From positions 12,400,520 through 12,464,519 of the forward strand of contig CM082578.2 of the NCBI GenBank assembly GCA_040954595.2: DNA of 64,000 nt. Direction: 5' to 3'. Made by a program: the position numbers and the translations under genes. Positions 12,201 to 27,500 of this stretch are shown in pieces. The notes beneath the pieces were generated by a model. The model worked only from the letters and a program-made list of their open reading frames with translations, was not told where the DNA came from and did no database searches. This DNA is from Balanoglossus misakiensis. Lineage: Eukaryota > Animalia > Hemichordata. Each line of letters opens with the position of its first letter. The first letter of the stretch is position 1.

Positions 12201-15200
12201 CTCTAGGGACGTATATCACAAGCTGTTTTCTGCAGACTGGACCACAGTACCTTCCGTGTGTTTATCATTCTGGAATAATCCGTTGTGGGGCGATGGAAAC
12301 ACTCTTTTAGATGAAAAGCCATTGAAGGACCAGGGGATATTTTGTGAATGGTCCCAGGCAGATAAAAATTGCACTATAAGGTCACTCACCGGACCATTTG
12401 AGCAATGCACCATCTTTTCAATGAATGCACATGCGCAGATAATTTCAAGTTAAAATCCTTAATATAGCAAAGTATTGGAAAGTTTGGAGTATGATATTTG
12501 TTTCTGAAAACCTGTCCCGGAGGAGCATACATGTATGCCTGCAAATACGACGCACATCACGTGACATTGATTTGACCAATCATAGCGCATGATACGGACG
12601 ATGTGTGTTACAAAGAGATCTATTTCCTGGGGCCATGTCTTTGGGGTAAGTGTACATCGTGCCCTGTTACCCTCGTCAAAGAAAGAAGATGGTGAACGTT
12701 AGACGCCATTACAGCACGCTCCATTGTGCAAAGCAAGTATTTAGCACGTTTCTTGCCCTCCCAGCTTGTTCTGTAAGCTAACAGCACAAAATGAACCTCG
12801 TGTAGGCTACTTTTGGTTAATTTATTTTTTTAAATCACCTTTGTCCACTTCTGTCAGGGGAAGACCCCAAAGGACCCGTATACACACAAGGCACCACATC
12901 TTGAAAAGGGGAGGTAAATTGGCCAATTCATGATACTTTTCAAGTTTTGATTATACGAAGCTCGGGGCAATCTGGAATAATTGTTCCTTGGGGCAAATGT
13001 TTACTGGGAGTTCGTTACTTATCTCTCATTCTCCAAGATTATGTACGTGTGACTGTCGATAACGACGCTGCACTCATTTTTGAAAGCTGAAAGTGGCTGT
13101 TTAATGACACTCCGCATGCAATATCCGCAATTAAACCCAGTTCTTCGGTATACGAGGTTTCATTTTTCCTACTGAGATAAGAAGGATTTTCCCTCATTTT
13201 TGCTAAACTGACAAGCATGTGACAACTCGACCGTTGGGGGAAATGGCCTCATGGGAAATATGAATGATGAGGGCAAGGGTCATAAATGGATCGGTTAATT
13301 ATTCTTGTTTGCATCGGTAGAGAGAGGGGCTGGAGATTTGCAAATAACAACGTGCCTCAACCCACATATTAAAAGCACATCTTGTAATTGAAGAAGCGCT
13401 TTTTTATTTGAGGATGCTACTCTTCCACTCAAACCATGTACAAGAGCTAAATCCAGCGCTACAACCGTGCTTAAACTGAGCCACCCGGTCACACATAAAC
13501 ACGATAAGACATGTATATAATGTGTACTCTGATTGGCGGTGTCCTTCGGCCCACGTGACCAAAATTACTTGATTACAGACGCTGTCTTGATAATGGCGCC
13601 CTTTAACTGGAAAGCAAGAAATTTGCAATTGGCCAACATTATCTCCATGGAAACCTCCGACTGTGTTATATCAAGTTCTCCTTACAACGAAACCTTCAAT
13701 CCTGCAATCAGATGGGATCTTCCATCAGAGTTTAATAACACTCCTGTGTCCAGTTTTCTTTTAAATAACATAGAAAGACATTTTACCTATTACGATGCAC
13801 ATACTTCAAGCGTCTTGGGGATTTTGTGCCTGAAACGAGGCAAGGAGGCCAGCTCCGTTCCTCTCAGTCGCACCCGAAAAATGCATCAGTCGTTGTCCAT
13901 CTACCGAACAAACTAAGATGTATTATTGGTTGCACGTGACTTGAAGAACAGTCGGCTCCATAAGTCGATTATCCTAACAAGTTCACGCTGTCCGTCTCAC
14001 GAAGAAGTTCATGTTGTCTTGATCATCTTAACAGTTTCGTGGCGTCAGTCTGGTTAATCTACTATTTACCTGGACAAAGTAAGACTCTGGTAATAAATAG
14101 GGCACTTTCCTCCAGATTGGCTAAACTGTGGACAGCATTAAACCGCAACATGCAGTCGATAGAACGACGTAATGAGTTTCTGAATGATTCTGGTCGGTCG
14201 TGTATAACGCAGAATATAGAAGGAAACGTTTAGAGTGGTGGGGGAGGGGGGGGGGTTCCACTCGCTAAAACAAAACTGGCTTTACCATTCCATACTTGAA
14301 AGTTCGTGTTCACGGGCAATTAACTTTTTCGTTTCTTCCAAGACTGCACACGTTAAGAAAGTCCATTATTAGCGCAGAAAAGAAACTCGACCGTCAATGT
14401 GCAATTTCCTGTCGGCAAATGGAAGTTTGTAGCGAAGATATCCAAACCTACTCGAATGCCAACCCGCTCAGTGTGTATACAGTTGCACATTGCCACTTTG
14501 GTGGCCATTTATATCGATCGTCTGCGTCTTGTCCTCCAAGTAGATGGTTTGGATAAGATAGTGCCCATATACACCGTTCAAGTTGTGTCTGTTAGCAAAC
14601 GGTGAACGTATCACGGACAGTGTGTCTATTGCCAAGAGCAATTAAAAACTATATACTGAATTCTGACGATCACAGTCTGCCTTTAAGGTACAGACTGCAT
14701 TTTTAGACATCTTCAATTCCACGTCTATAGCAACTAAGCTACCTGCCCTCATGTTCTTGTGTGTAAAATCCGTTAAATGATGTTTGTATATGTTTCAAAT
14801 GATCGTAATGCAGAAATGTAATTAGACAACCACAGTAAACGATTAGACTGAAGATTATGTGCATACTGGGCGTAAGAATGTGACATTGTGTTAGGCAACT
14901 CACAGAGAGTATGATTCTAACGAAAAATACGGGTAGCTTGCATGCTGTTGCAATGCCATGCATAAGCTTAGTATGTGTTGTCATGCGTATACTATAAGAT
15001 TATAGTACATCTATAGGACGGTTTTTGCCACGCAAGGGGTATGTCAATATTTTTTATGTGCGCACCCTTCTTCTTTGCAGAGAAGCCACGCTGCGTGTTG
15101 CCTTAAATGCTGTGATGGTCACAAAATTCTCGGCACGTTGCAGGAAATAGCATGATGGAAATGAGTATAAAGTGAAGCTGTCACTCAACTATTAAATGAT

Positions 15201-16681
15201 GGGTGCGACGGGATAATTTGTTAAAATTTGCTCTCAGACACTTTGGTTTCATGTGACTTCTGTCAACTTTTCAAATATGAGTAATTACAAACTACGTGAC
15301 AACATTAAATTTTCTTTGAAATACTCTCTTTGCTTTACATTCAAAACGCATGGGACACAGTTACTTACGCGGGGTAAACTTTGTGATGGGTCAGCTTTTG
15401 TTTGAAAATGGCTTATCAACTTCGAACAACCAGTATGATTACGAAATTACGTGATTGTATATTTTTCCGTTGACGTGGGTATTACGAATGTGTGTACACT
15501 CCTGTACTAGATCAATAGTCATATGGAGACAATTCTGGCTTGAGACGAACGTTTTGCTGGTGAAACATGTGGCTTCGAGGATAAAGCCACGTCAGCTGAA
15601 TTGCGTTAAGTTTTGACCACCATGGATCATGCGCAAAGGTGTCTAGAAACAATGCCTTTGCATGTATAGCCCGATCATATACGGCGGCCATATTGAAAAG
15701 TATCAGGAGCATTGACCAAACACGCCATCGACTGTTTTTGTCCTTTCACCAATGCCGAAAGAAATCACGAGAAAACGTGTCCGAATAATGACTCTCGGCT
15801 CTTCGCATGTCTATTCCCTAATTATACAACCAAAACGCGCTAAAACCCAATCATACTCCGGACAGCCACCGTATACAAAGCAGGATCACATGACCCAAGT
15901 TCCCTTTTTAAAGATGTGAGTGGAAACTGTCAACGGTACAGGAGACAGTCTGTCGCTGGAAAATAACTTAATTTGATATTAAACTGTCACGCTGTCATTT
16001 TTTCTTGTTAGAAAATTCATGCATATGGTAATTGAATGTCTTGTCTTAATATGCACATTCATACTGGCAGAAGGGAGAGTCGCTGACTTCCGATGTGCTT
16101 AAGCCACACTCCACGGGGTCAACTGTTTCTCTTCGGGCCGCTGCGTGCTGACACTGAAGACACTAAGAATCACCGACGTGAAATTTATGAGTCATCTTTC
16201 CCTCGATTAAGGTATGACGTGGCTCTGACAAGATTAAAGGGGCGAGATTAGCCTTTTCCGGTGGCCATGTCCTTTTGCTCATTCACCCAAAATTCGCTGG
16301 GCGAACAGTTGATAATTCTATCAGAGACATTGTGGCTTCCACGTTATTTTACCCTCTAACAGATTAACTACATAATTATTTTATTCTGGCTGCTTTATAC
16401 AGTTTTTAATTCCGTGCCAGCGAACGCATTGTTTGGTTGAAACGCGTGGTCTTTTTTGCATTGTGCCAAGCAGACAGGTTTCTCTGATGACTTTCGTTTT
16501 CACATTCTCGGTTTCCTTAGTAACGCTCCAGTCGCGTCTTATTAATTATTCTCGGTTGTATTAAAATTCGCGTTATTTCAATCATACACGAATCACACGC
16601 GGTGGGGTATTGAAATTGGATTCGGGCAAACGAACAAACGGAGAGAGTGTTCATTCATACACGGCTTGGGTCTTCTGGGCA

Positions 16682-16704
16682 ACCGGAAGTAAGCATCACG
16701 TGAT
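16682..16704. promoter_or_regulatory. ETS site plus palindromic E-box, candidate promoter element
   Basis: ACCGGAAGT (16682-16690) followed by ATCACGTGAT (16695-16704). Confidence 0.35.
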
Positions 16705-17214
16705 ATTTCTACCTCCGCCACGGCAAGGAAAGGAGACGTCGATTTTGCTATTAATCAGATCGCGAAAGACCGATCAATGACATCTGCAGAAGAGCGGGGT
16801 TTACGCCCTGGTGGCACTGACACCATAGCCGAGCTAGTTTTCAAACACAGCATCTAAAAGTATCTGAATGGACAAGACAGAAGGCATTCAACTTCTGGTG
16901 TCGCCGTAATTAGAATAAATGGCCCGTAGAAATTTCCGCTCCAGCTGCATTTTTGGAGACGTGAGAATTTCCGCCAGTCGCTTCGAAACGTGATTGCAGT
17001 TCATGCAGGCAGTGAAGCTCTCAGCAGTTGGACTTCGGCACCCGCAGAACCATGATATGATTTGTTGGTGAATCTGTGTGAAGGCAGTGAGTAGCTATAC
17101 ACGTATATAGCTGACTGATACGCGGGAATCGTCATCGTCTGCCGATATTTACTGAATTTGTTGACGAACAAGTTTTTCGCCTTCCTTCACTAACGCGGAT
17201 TCTGCTCAGGCTTC

Positions 17215-17315
17215 TGTTACGTAGGAGAAGTTTGCTGTTGTTTTGTGACCAGGTGTGTTTCGCTTACTTTCGTAATTTGAATATTTGCGTGACCAGGTGC
17301 GGTGCATTCATTATT
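17215..17315 (+). mobile_element. Fragment of the same LTR family (first ~101 bp of the LTR at 46834)
   Basis: Aligns with 46834-46935 with about 6 substitutions and 1 indel, starting exactly at the LTR terminus TGTTAC. No matching TSD found. Confidence 0.85.
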
Positions 17316-18386
17316 ATCCTGCAACAGGAAATCTATCCCGTCATACAGTGTACCTTCGCCTGACCACGAATGGGTAAGTGCAGTTATGTTCTACGAAAGA
17401 CGCAGAGAATTTGTGAACACAGCCGCTGCTAACCAAACACAGCATTTGCAGGCTATAAGCTAAAGATCCCGTTTGCTTAGGAAAATGCCAAGTTTAAATT
17501 ATACCACAAGTCGTGTTCTTTACATCGTGGTTTTATCGACGATTATTTGGGTTTTCAGTTTTTAGTTGAAAAAGCCCAACCTAGATTCGCAGGACACACA
17601 AACTGCTGCGATGTTTTACATGTATAATGATATGCTGAGTTTTCGATTATTTTGTCACAGCCCCCCCCCCCCCCCCGCCATCCCTTGGCATTGTCGCACT
17701 ATACGGTAGCTAAAGTGCTGCTTCAAGTCCTTCAAGCGCAATCGCTGGTTTAAAATAAACTGAACGCAGTAAGTACATACATCCTTGCAGGTTATGTGTA
17801 GTGTGGTCAGTGCCACAGTAATATCGATGTCGGTATGGTTGAACAGAAGCCAAGTGCCACGGCTGGAGTGTTCGGTTCCTCGGATCAAACGGACCGAGAG
17901 TGGCAATAACAGGCGGGCACAATCGATTCGCAACACCTCAGTCGATACCTGGACAGGCAGAAACGTTTTAGTTAGCATTTCAATAGTATTTATACGGTTA
18001 TTGATCCACTGAAAACATTTGACTGACATCTCCTCCAGATGGATGTGCACAGAAAAAGAGACGTGTACGTGATCGTACATGATTACAGGCTGGGGAACCT
18101 GGATCTGAAATGCCAATCCGTCTGAACCCCGGTTCGCAGACTGTTCCAGGTTTAATCTCGCTTCGAATGACTATCTCTGCGCTGAAAAATCCCGTTGTGG
18201 TACAGATGTATTAAAAGAAACGCTATCGGCCAAAGCTAGCAGAGAATACGCATTCCATTACGTCTACACTTACGCAATAAAGGGAAAAGGCTTCTTGACA
18301 AAGATAAGCTTAACCAGCTAGAGAAATCCGTTCGTATATAGAGCGTGTTTCAATGCAGTGTCTGAATTACAAATAGCAAAGGCGGC

Positions 18387-18530
<144 letters not shown>

Positions 18531-21500
18531 AGTGACACTACGTTTACCATGATGAACATTTATGATCAGAAGAAAGACTATTAAGATGATGGAACTGCCG
18601 GAGTTTTTGTTCAGATATTGTCAGGGATATTTTAAAGAAAGTCTCAAACGAGATGGCCTCTAGAGGGAGTACACCATTTTCTGAGGAGAATACATGTAGT
18701 TTGCACTATTGGACTCTGTTTGCGAATCATTATGATAGTATCTGCCACCAAGCGCGTCTTCCGACGTGAGGTTGTCTGAAGAAAGCATCATCATGAAAGT
18801 GTCTCCACTGCGTAAATTTTACTGTTTCCGTTGTCTCGTCTGTCTAAGGCGTTCCGGATGAGTCTGTCTGTCGATGCCTGTTATCGAACGAGAGGATACA
18901 GGATATATCTGCACCCTGTCTGCCTCCGTCTCAGTCACTATGTCTGTGCCTCTCCAATGTATTATGCGCAATATGGCCGGTAAATTAATTATTTTATGTT
19001 TGATAAAAATAACCTGATGGCCGTGTGTGCATGCTTTTCCAGCATTTATCAGGTGGCAAATATTGAACTACTCCCGCAAAGAATCGAAGGCTGCACAATC
19101 TATAGGATTGGTGTGCGCCGGGGAGATCTTCTTTCAGAACTCGTCGGAGGCACTTGCCATAAGTGATTTCAGTTTAATTTACCAATTAAAGTGAAACTTG
19201 AATCGCGCACACAAAGTGAACAAAGAATCGCTCAAATTAAGCCACGTGTTGTGACTGTAATGAATGGCCCACACATTTGCCCTGTGCTCTCGGTACACGT
19301 CAATCACGCCGAACAATCGGAGCAAGTCTGGCGACTGACGGACAAATGTCATATTCGGAGTGCGCTAATTATGCGCATCGAACGCTTTGAAGAAGCGCTT
19401 GATAGATAATTGTGCGCCGGGTAAGTTTATAACAGGGGCGGTTTGTATGAAGACATACGGTCGCCCAGTACACAGGCTATTTAAAGGGAAGGACAATAGA
19501 GGCGTTGGAAAACGAGCGTGTGTATACTAGGGATAACTGCGATGGTTTAGAACCGGAATAGAAACATACGGGCGACATCACAAAAAAAGGCTGGGAGAGC
19601 TCTGAATTATTACCCGTTCGTCAAAATAAATCGGGTTTTGACAATAAATGAAGTGCCGTTTCGGTCTCGACTCTACCTGTTCGTTACATGAATTGGCATT
19701 TCACTGAATTGGCCACGTGACCCAAATGGCTGCGATTATGTTTTTAAATCAGAGTGTCTTTGAATCCATCCTAATGTTAAAATCTGGAAGTCTGGCGGCA
19801 GGATAGCACTTCCTGAGATTTGGCGCGAATTACTGAGTCTCTTTGCGTAAAGCACACGTTATCATCAATAAACATTGTTCGCAGTTTTCTCGTCGTCGAC
19901 TTTGATGGCAAGTGTGTCGTTGCTATGATCGGTGTCTGCATCCTTCTTGTATCCTGGAAACCAGGCAGTGGAAGATGCACACACCTTGGTGATTGTTGGT
20001 TGATGAGCAATTGGGAGACTAGACTCCTCTGACGGAATACGGCGTCGGTGAACAGTTTTAGTAGTGCGTACTCTGACTCAAATCATAGCCATCGAACAAG
20101 AGAACTCCGTACACATAAACTAAGCGTGCGTTTCTTGCCTGTCTACGCGATTTTTGAAGTTAATGTTGACTCGCTTTAATATACAGAGAGTTCCATCAGT
20201 TGCCGCGGGGATTCTGAAGTTTCAATGTACATCATGCATATAGGAAAAAGATTTTTCCATTTACATTTGTTTAGCAGTAGAGACCTCACGGGTCACTTCG
20301 ATTGGGGCTTGCAGTATGCAGGGGGAAAACTGGTGATTTGAAATGCAGACAGACAGACGTGCTTCGAGCTAGCAATAGAATGATACGAATCAGACGTGAT
20401 GTGAATCGCAGTATTTTGCCAACATTGCAATCGAATTGTATAACGTTGACTGATATTTGCGACATCGTCGGTTTGCCTTCGATAGCATCTCCACTCTGTT
20501 CAAAGTTACATCTTTACCGTTATGTTATCAGATTTGAGATATGGCTTGAGATAGGGCAAACTACGCAAACTCAGCAGCGAGCGAGTTTTCCAAGCCCACT
20601 CAGGGGGCTGTAACCGTAGCAAAACACAAGGTTCACTTGCGGATTGTTAATTTTGGAAACACTAATGAAATGCTGTGAAACACGCGATGAAGTGATTTAT
20701 CTCCGGAATATATTTGAGACATTTCCCGGTAAATCTTGCCGTCAAGATTGACGTTTTCCTCGGGTGTTGTAATTTATTACTGTTATCTGGAATGCTATAC
20801 CCTTACCAAAGTCTGCACTCTTTGAATCGTTGACTGTCAAACATATCATCATATCAACATCATAAAAGAAACTTTATTTGTCGCGTATCAAAATTATTAT
20901 AATAATTAAATAATACAGATGTATTGACAGAAATTCACTGTTTAAAATAATGCACGTATCGCCTGGGAAAATTTGGATGACGAAATATACTATTCGGCAT
21001 TCCAGGTGTGTAGCGACGGCTCCAGAACGACTGAAGTGAGATTGGACAATAATGCGAGACTTTATTTTCATTCACTTTAATTACTACGTAATCTAAGGCC
21101 ACAGTTCTGGGATCTCGTCAAATCACGACTACCCCCCCCCCCCTCCACTATGTTAGCAAAACTCATTTTCCGTGAGATTCGGCGCTATCGACGGGTCGCC
21201 CATCCAGTATAGGCTTATTCCGAGTCGGTTGATACAGTTACCTTCTTGTTTACCCAAGCCCGATGGAGCGAAATCAAAACTGTATTCTCTCTACCTTAGT
21301 TGTTGGCAGATAGCAATCTATTCCGACGAAGCAGGGGACTCTAAATTTGCATTAGTGTCTCGTGTCTTGCCGCCACGATTTACCGACCAAGGTAAACTTT
21401 GCAGATGTCCGCAATGCATATAGCAGAAACCGTTACACTATTCTCCAATATAATTAACGTAAGATTGTCGGGGGTATGTATCTGAGTATAGACCTCTGTG

Positions 21501-24500
21501 GTTGAATCCGTGCATGCAGTTAAAGAATGTTATTTCCCATGCCAATAAGGTTGTGATTACTTTTCCCCAAAAAAATTAATTTGCCATGCCATGATTTCCC
21601 GTCGCATTTCTATCGCTTTGAAAGCAAGTACATATACATATCTTCAATTCGACAGCATAACAAGGTGTTCGTTCCGAATGAACGTTACAACTAAGACCAA
21701 TATAAGTACATCTACACTGACTGGCACACTGAAGCATCTCTTGGGTGAAATAAGTGCACACGGTCGTTCAGTTCAGCTGTCACGAATACCATATCGGTCG
21801 TTGGGAGGGTTGAAAAACGATTCTAAGGAAACCATATCACATCCAGATCCTTCTTCAAACAAGCGTATACCGGCGGCGCACGTGCGAGTATCGATTAAGT
21901 TTGTTCACGGGACAAAGGCGATCAGGTTAAGTTGCCCTGATATGCCAGTGAACAGGATCTACATCAGCTTTTCAGGAAGGTTCATTTAAGATAGTAAATT
22001 ATTCAGAACATCATGCACTTTAGGTTCTTCGATTTATGTTCCTTTTGGTTACGTACTCTAAAAGTTTCCATCAGCTTTCCAAGACGTTGTACCGGTGCTT
22101 TGGAACAGCTCATTTGGAATGACTGATATTTCCAGACGTGGCGATAACAGTGTCTGTACCATCAGTTTCTGGACTTTCGTTCGCATAATTATTCGGATCT
22201 CACTATTTTTACTGCGACTGATGTGTTAGCTACACATATGATTTCAAACTGTTTCGAATCAATCTGCAAAGACCATGCTCTGTTGCCACCCGTACACAGA
22301 GGAAAACAATTATGTTAAAATTAAAAAAATAAAACAATTCTCGAGTGCACTGTTATGTCATTGATGCGAAATCATTAACTGCAATGTACTTTATTGCGTT
22401 CAAATGTCAATCTGAATCAAATAATAATGCGCTAATTGTCATATTTGTTTTTATGAGTGTCGTGAAAGCAATCATTTGCACTTATTCATCAATGAAATAT
22501 GACCTGATAAGCATGAACAAATGCTGTCTATCGGCAATCACTCAAGAAGAATGACCTCATCGGGAATTAAATCTTGGCCGAATCCAACATTTTTTCCACC
22601 GAGGACCTCAACCCACTCGTTCATTCGCATTTTCATTTAACGACCTTGCCAAAACAAACTGCCGAACTGCATTAACTCAAGACAGCGTCGACGGGGCGTG
22701 CGAGGCAAGAACAATTTTTCAAACCATCGATCGAATATTGCCAAGGATAGAAAGCATGTATTCTCACCGAGACATTCTTTATCGTTGTGGTTGAACGAAC
22801 TGCGCTCGGTAACGGGGTCAGCCTTTGTAACCGCACGATACTCGATTGTCGGCAAATAAAAAATTGAAGTACTCTTCTTTGTGTTGCTTTCTTAAAGATT
22901 TATGAGACAGAAGACAAGTGAAAGCCAGCAATGTGTGCGTGACATCAAGCGTATCACTTTGAATCGTTGGGGAAAAAATATCAGTTTCCGACGCGCAAGT
23001 TATTAAGACTCCGTGCCGATCCCGTCTACCGGTACACGTCAAATTTCGCAAGTGGTTGCAAGAATGGGGCAATTGAATTGTCTTGCCACTGTAACGGAAT
23101 GCCAATTCAGCCGGCATTGTTGCGCACACTCGGATCTGCTGTGACTGGCTTTTAATATTGCGGAGTCTTTGAAATATTGATCGCGTTCTTGTATGTTGCG
23201 TTCGTTGCCTGCATCTCGTCAACTGTGCGTCGAGCCTATTTGCCTGTACACGAAGGATTTTGACGGGAAAACACGGGAAGGTGAAAAAAAAATACTTATC
23301 CGTACGTGAAGACAATGTTTAACGGGTGGTCAGATTTTTAAAGAGGAATTAGATTAGCCTTGTGTGCCAGTTGTGGATTGAACGTTTGTCAAGGTGAGCT
23401 GTAAAATTATTTATTATTGCGCGTCATACACTGCGCTGGGTGATTAGTGTTGTTGTTGTATACGCTGTATATAAGTAACTTTTGATAAAGCCAATCCCTT
23501 CCTGAATACCACATTTAACCATCATTAAGAGCAAGTCTCCAAGCACTGCAACAACGGCTGATGGAATACTTCGTGAGAGATGATTATTTTATCTGGGAAA
23601 ACATTATATGATTCTCTGACGATCTCTGGGCAATCAGATGCAGATTCTATTTTCATAACACCATAAATATTTCATGGTATCATGATTGTAACATTATAAT
23701 GTTTCCACCGTTTGCAAGTTGGGATTGTTTACATAAGCTGTCTTCGATTGCAACAGAATTGAAGCTGGGCCACACAATATTATTTTCATTTTCACATCTA
23801 TAATTTATTCAGCATTAACCGTTATATGCAAATGTAAAAATAGACGTTTGTCTAGAGAAAAAAAACTCATCCCCATAGGAACTTGTTTATTCGTCGTAGG
23901 CGTCTCATTGCACAATACATTGGACAATACACATGATACAACCTTTTAGATGCCATGCGCAACCTCTTTTTTTTTTTACAAAATTGAATAGTCTGTTTTT
24001 TTATCACTCCAGACGTCAAATGATGGGCAGAGAAAAAAACGGGAATAGGTGCATGTTAAGTTTCATGAACATGAACGTCCTCTTTGGAGGGATTTTGTCA
24101 TAGGTGCCCACCGATGCCATATTCCAATCATGATAGGTAATCACGTGCTTTGTTCCAAAGTTCATATAGAGGGCGTTGTTGGATTTGTTATGCAAATCCT
24201 TTTGTCTAGCACTGCCCTCACTGGCAGAGAGCAGGGTGTCGGTGCCATATTGAAATATCATTGGCATCATCAGGTTATACCATAAATGTGTCCGTTAAGC
24301 AAAGAATTACTTCCCAGATAACTTTTGAGGTGAAATCGATAAAAAGAAGAGAAACAAAAACACAATTGTTTGATGTTTTAACAATATCTCGTTATGAATC
24401 TCCACGAAAATGTGACGCTGTATCCAAGATCTGAGATAATGTTTCCAATATGATGATAACTATTGTTAACCACCGTGCTCTATACTTAAATTGTGAAAGA

Positions 24501-27500
24501 TAATTGAAAATCAAGTCATATATACACTATATGCAATAGGCGCGCTGTAATTTGGCGCGGGATTTCATTTGGGTTGACGTGGCAACGATAAGATTTCACA
24601 TTTTATGACAAGATATTGCCACGGCTTCAGTTTTTTTTCATGTTTTCAAATTACCATATTTATGATTGGTAAAATCGATAACCGAATACAGGGAAACAAT
24701 TTGTATAAATCAAGCCCCGCGACGTGCATTTAAGTTCCCACGAGATTAGGCACTGACAAGCAATCGCTTTGCAATTACTACAATTCTCTGTAGCGGTGTG
24801 TAAACACCCATACTAACCCACTCTATACGCACAGATGTCCTCGACTGTGGCCCGCGTCGTTATCGTAAGTATTTCGAGGGTTTTTTTGGTAGTGGGGTTC
24901 AGTGAGTTTGACTTCTCTGTATGTGCACACACATCGAGCTGTACGCGCGCCATAATACTTGACATCTTGAGAAATATTACTCGTGAAATTTTCAGAGGGA
25001 TAAGGAATTATGATCCGTGCTTTACATCCTGTGCTCGACAAAACGTAAACTCCGTCTCAGTTTATAAACTAAAATTCGTGTTGTGGCGCGACTGGCAATT
25101 TTGTAGGATATTCTCTCTCTCTTTCCATTCACCCTCCCTCTCCCGGCAAACCAGTCGCCCCCACGCGATTAATATTGAAGTCTGCAAATCACGTTGTCGC
25201 GCATCGACGGCCTGTTACATCATCTGTCGTAAATGGGTAGACTCGGAATGCTGCTCTCTGAGTATCTGACACTAGTGAATACCTGAAGCTCTGAGCTCGA
25301 ACGAAAACACCCAACAGGCACTCATCCTCAAGCACTGATTTCCTACCGTCAAGGTTCGTTCAAGATTTTGTTATTTTCTGTCATAACGTCATTACGATTA
25401 GCATTCATAGAACAACTGCATTCCGTGTATAACGTCAGTTATTCGGGTCATACTCAAAGATGCCTATATTGGTTCTAATATTCCGTGTTAAGTATTTGTT
25501 AAACGAGGAGGGTTTTTTTTCATATCACATGTGCACAAACGTTAGGCGCTGGCTGCCGGGTAACACCACAACAGCTACACTGTTCCAGTGGCTCGGTCAA
25601 GAAGATTTTCTTTCTTCCAGAGCATGGCTCATGTATAAAAACCGCGCTCCCGAAACCCTATCTTTGCGTAAGTAACTACGCGGTCGGGGTGAAACGGCAG
25701 AGTAGGTTCTGAACGCAATGTCCATGCGTTCCCCCCCCCCCACTCCCTCATTTGCATGCGAAACTCCTTGACAGCTGCAGGAATGTGATTGTCGAACGGG
25801 TGTGGTGAACTGTCGTGTAATTCTCCAACCAGTACACAGTTTAGGAATCGATTATTTTACCGTCTGTTCACGACGACAGCGTATTGGGCCATGGCCCGGT
25901 ATAACGCTGACGTTAATTGCGCAAAGAGCGTTGTCGCCATGAGTTGTCGTATGCGCGGAATTTAGCGCAACAGAACAGCCGTGTGCTTCTGAACATTTGT
26001 AAGCCCATTATACTGGTTGTTTTGTCCAGCGGCAGTAGGAGTTACATCAATAATTAGCAGCAACAGTCAGCAATAATACTGAATAAATCAAACCGTGAAA
26101 AATGCAGCTTCTATGTTAACAATTGGATGTACATGTACATGCATAATATGCATACCATGTGCGTCGTCACCTTCAACCCCGTTACCAATATTTTTAGGTC
26201 TTCATGAATACCTTTCTCCATCGTGTAGATGCGGAAAAAACGTTGTAACTGGATACCGTTCGCGTCAAAATAACACATTTTTACTACAAAATGCAAACAC
26301 GGAACCGAATGAGGTAAAATTACACGTGAAAAGCGTGTGAAAGCCGATTCCGTGAGTCGCCTTGAAAAAAAAAATCGTTTGGCATTAATATCATCCTTCA
26401 AAGGCTTGCCATTGTATGAAAACAAACCCGAACAGATGTCAACGGTAATTGACGCAATTCACATGATGGAAGGCCTTTGTGAGCGATATGAGGTAGAAAT
26501 ACCACGTACCGCGCGCCAGGTGCTGTTGCAACGCAGCGTAAAAGTGATTCGGCGAAAAAAAATTCTACCACCGTGGCGCGTTTGTTTGGGCTTTGCACGC
26601 TATAGAAGACCGGTGAAAGTGGCGCGTAAAGTGAAGATTGGAAGGCGGTAAAATTAACTAAACAACGTGACGAGGCAGGGATTCAGGTGTGACATGCTGC
26701 GAATTAAAGTGACATCATCAAATGACATTGAAACAGTCACGCATGTCGTCCATAATAGAATGCTTTCGGATCGTTTGGGGGGTAAAAAAAGTTAGATTTT
26801 AGAAAATGTCAACATTAATTTAAGGATAGAAGAGAGCAATGATGATGTTTGAAAATAATTTTCACCACAAGGCACCATTTGGTATGCCATGAAATTAATG
26901 ATGCTATTTTTTGTTAATTCTGATCTCCCTCACACTGTCGGTCGTTCAATTTCTTGGCCAATCAACGAGTCCGAAAACTCACGCGACAGTGGAAGGGGAA
27001 GGTGTACATGGCGTTTTTATTGTGCTCAACTGTTCTGATGAGTTCACTAGACAACATTGCAGACTATGGCATTAAACCGTGCAGCGTAGTCACGTGATCA
27101 GTCCGGAGATTGCGTCATTTGACACTCAAATCGAGAATAATGCAAATTCATTGCATATTGTCGCCATAACGATGACATCGCCGCAGTCGAAGATTTATTA
27201 CCGTTGCGTCACGTGTCTTTAAACAATCGTTCAGTGTCAGGAGGCTCGCATTGTCATTTTATGACATGACAGACGACATCCCCTGGAGGCACCAAACTAA
27301 TACCGCGGGGAAAGTATCACGTGAGTCGAATACATGTACCACGTTTTAAAATCCCAATAGCCACATTCAAATACGATAATAATGTGTATGACCCATGACT
27401 GTGTTGGAATTATTTCCTTCACTCTGTCTTGTCTACAGCATGCAGTACGTATGGCCTGTATCCAGTCAATGGCAACAGGGTGGAAGGGGTTTATTAGATG

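Noticed and set aside
26337-26651. 104-aa basic ORF that looks protein-like
   Set aside because: GTG start, no recognisable domain, no codon bias or splice context. A BLAST or RNA-seq hit would be needed.
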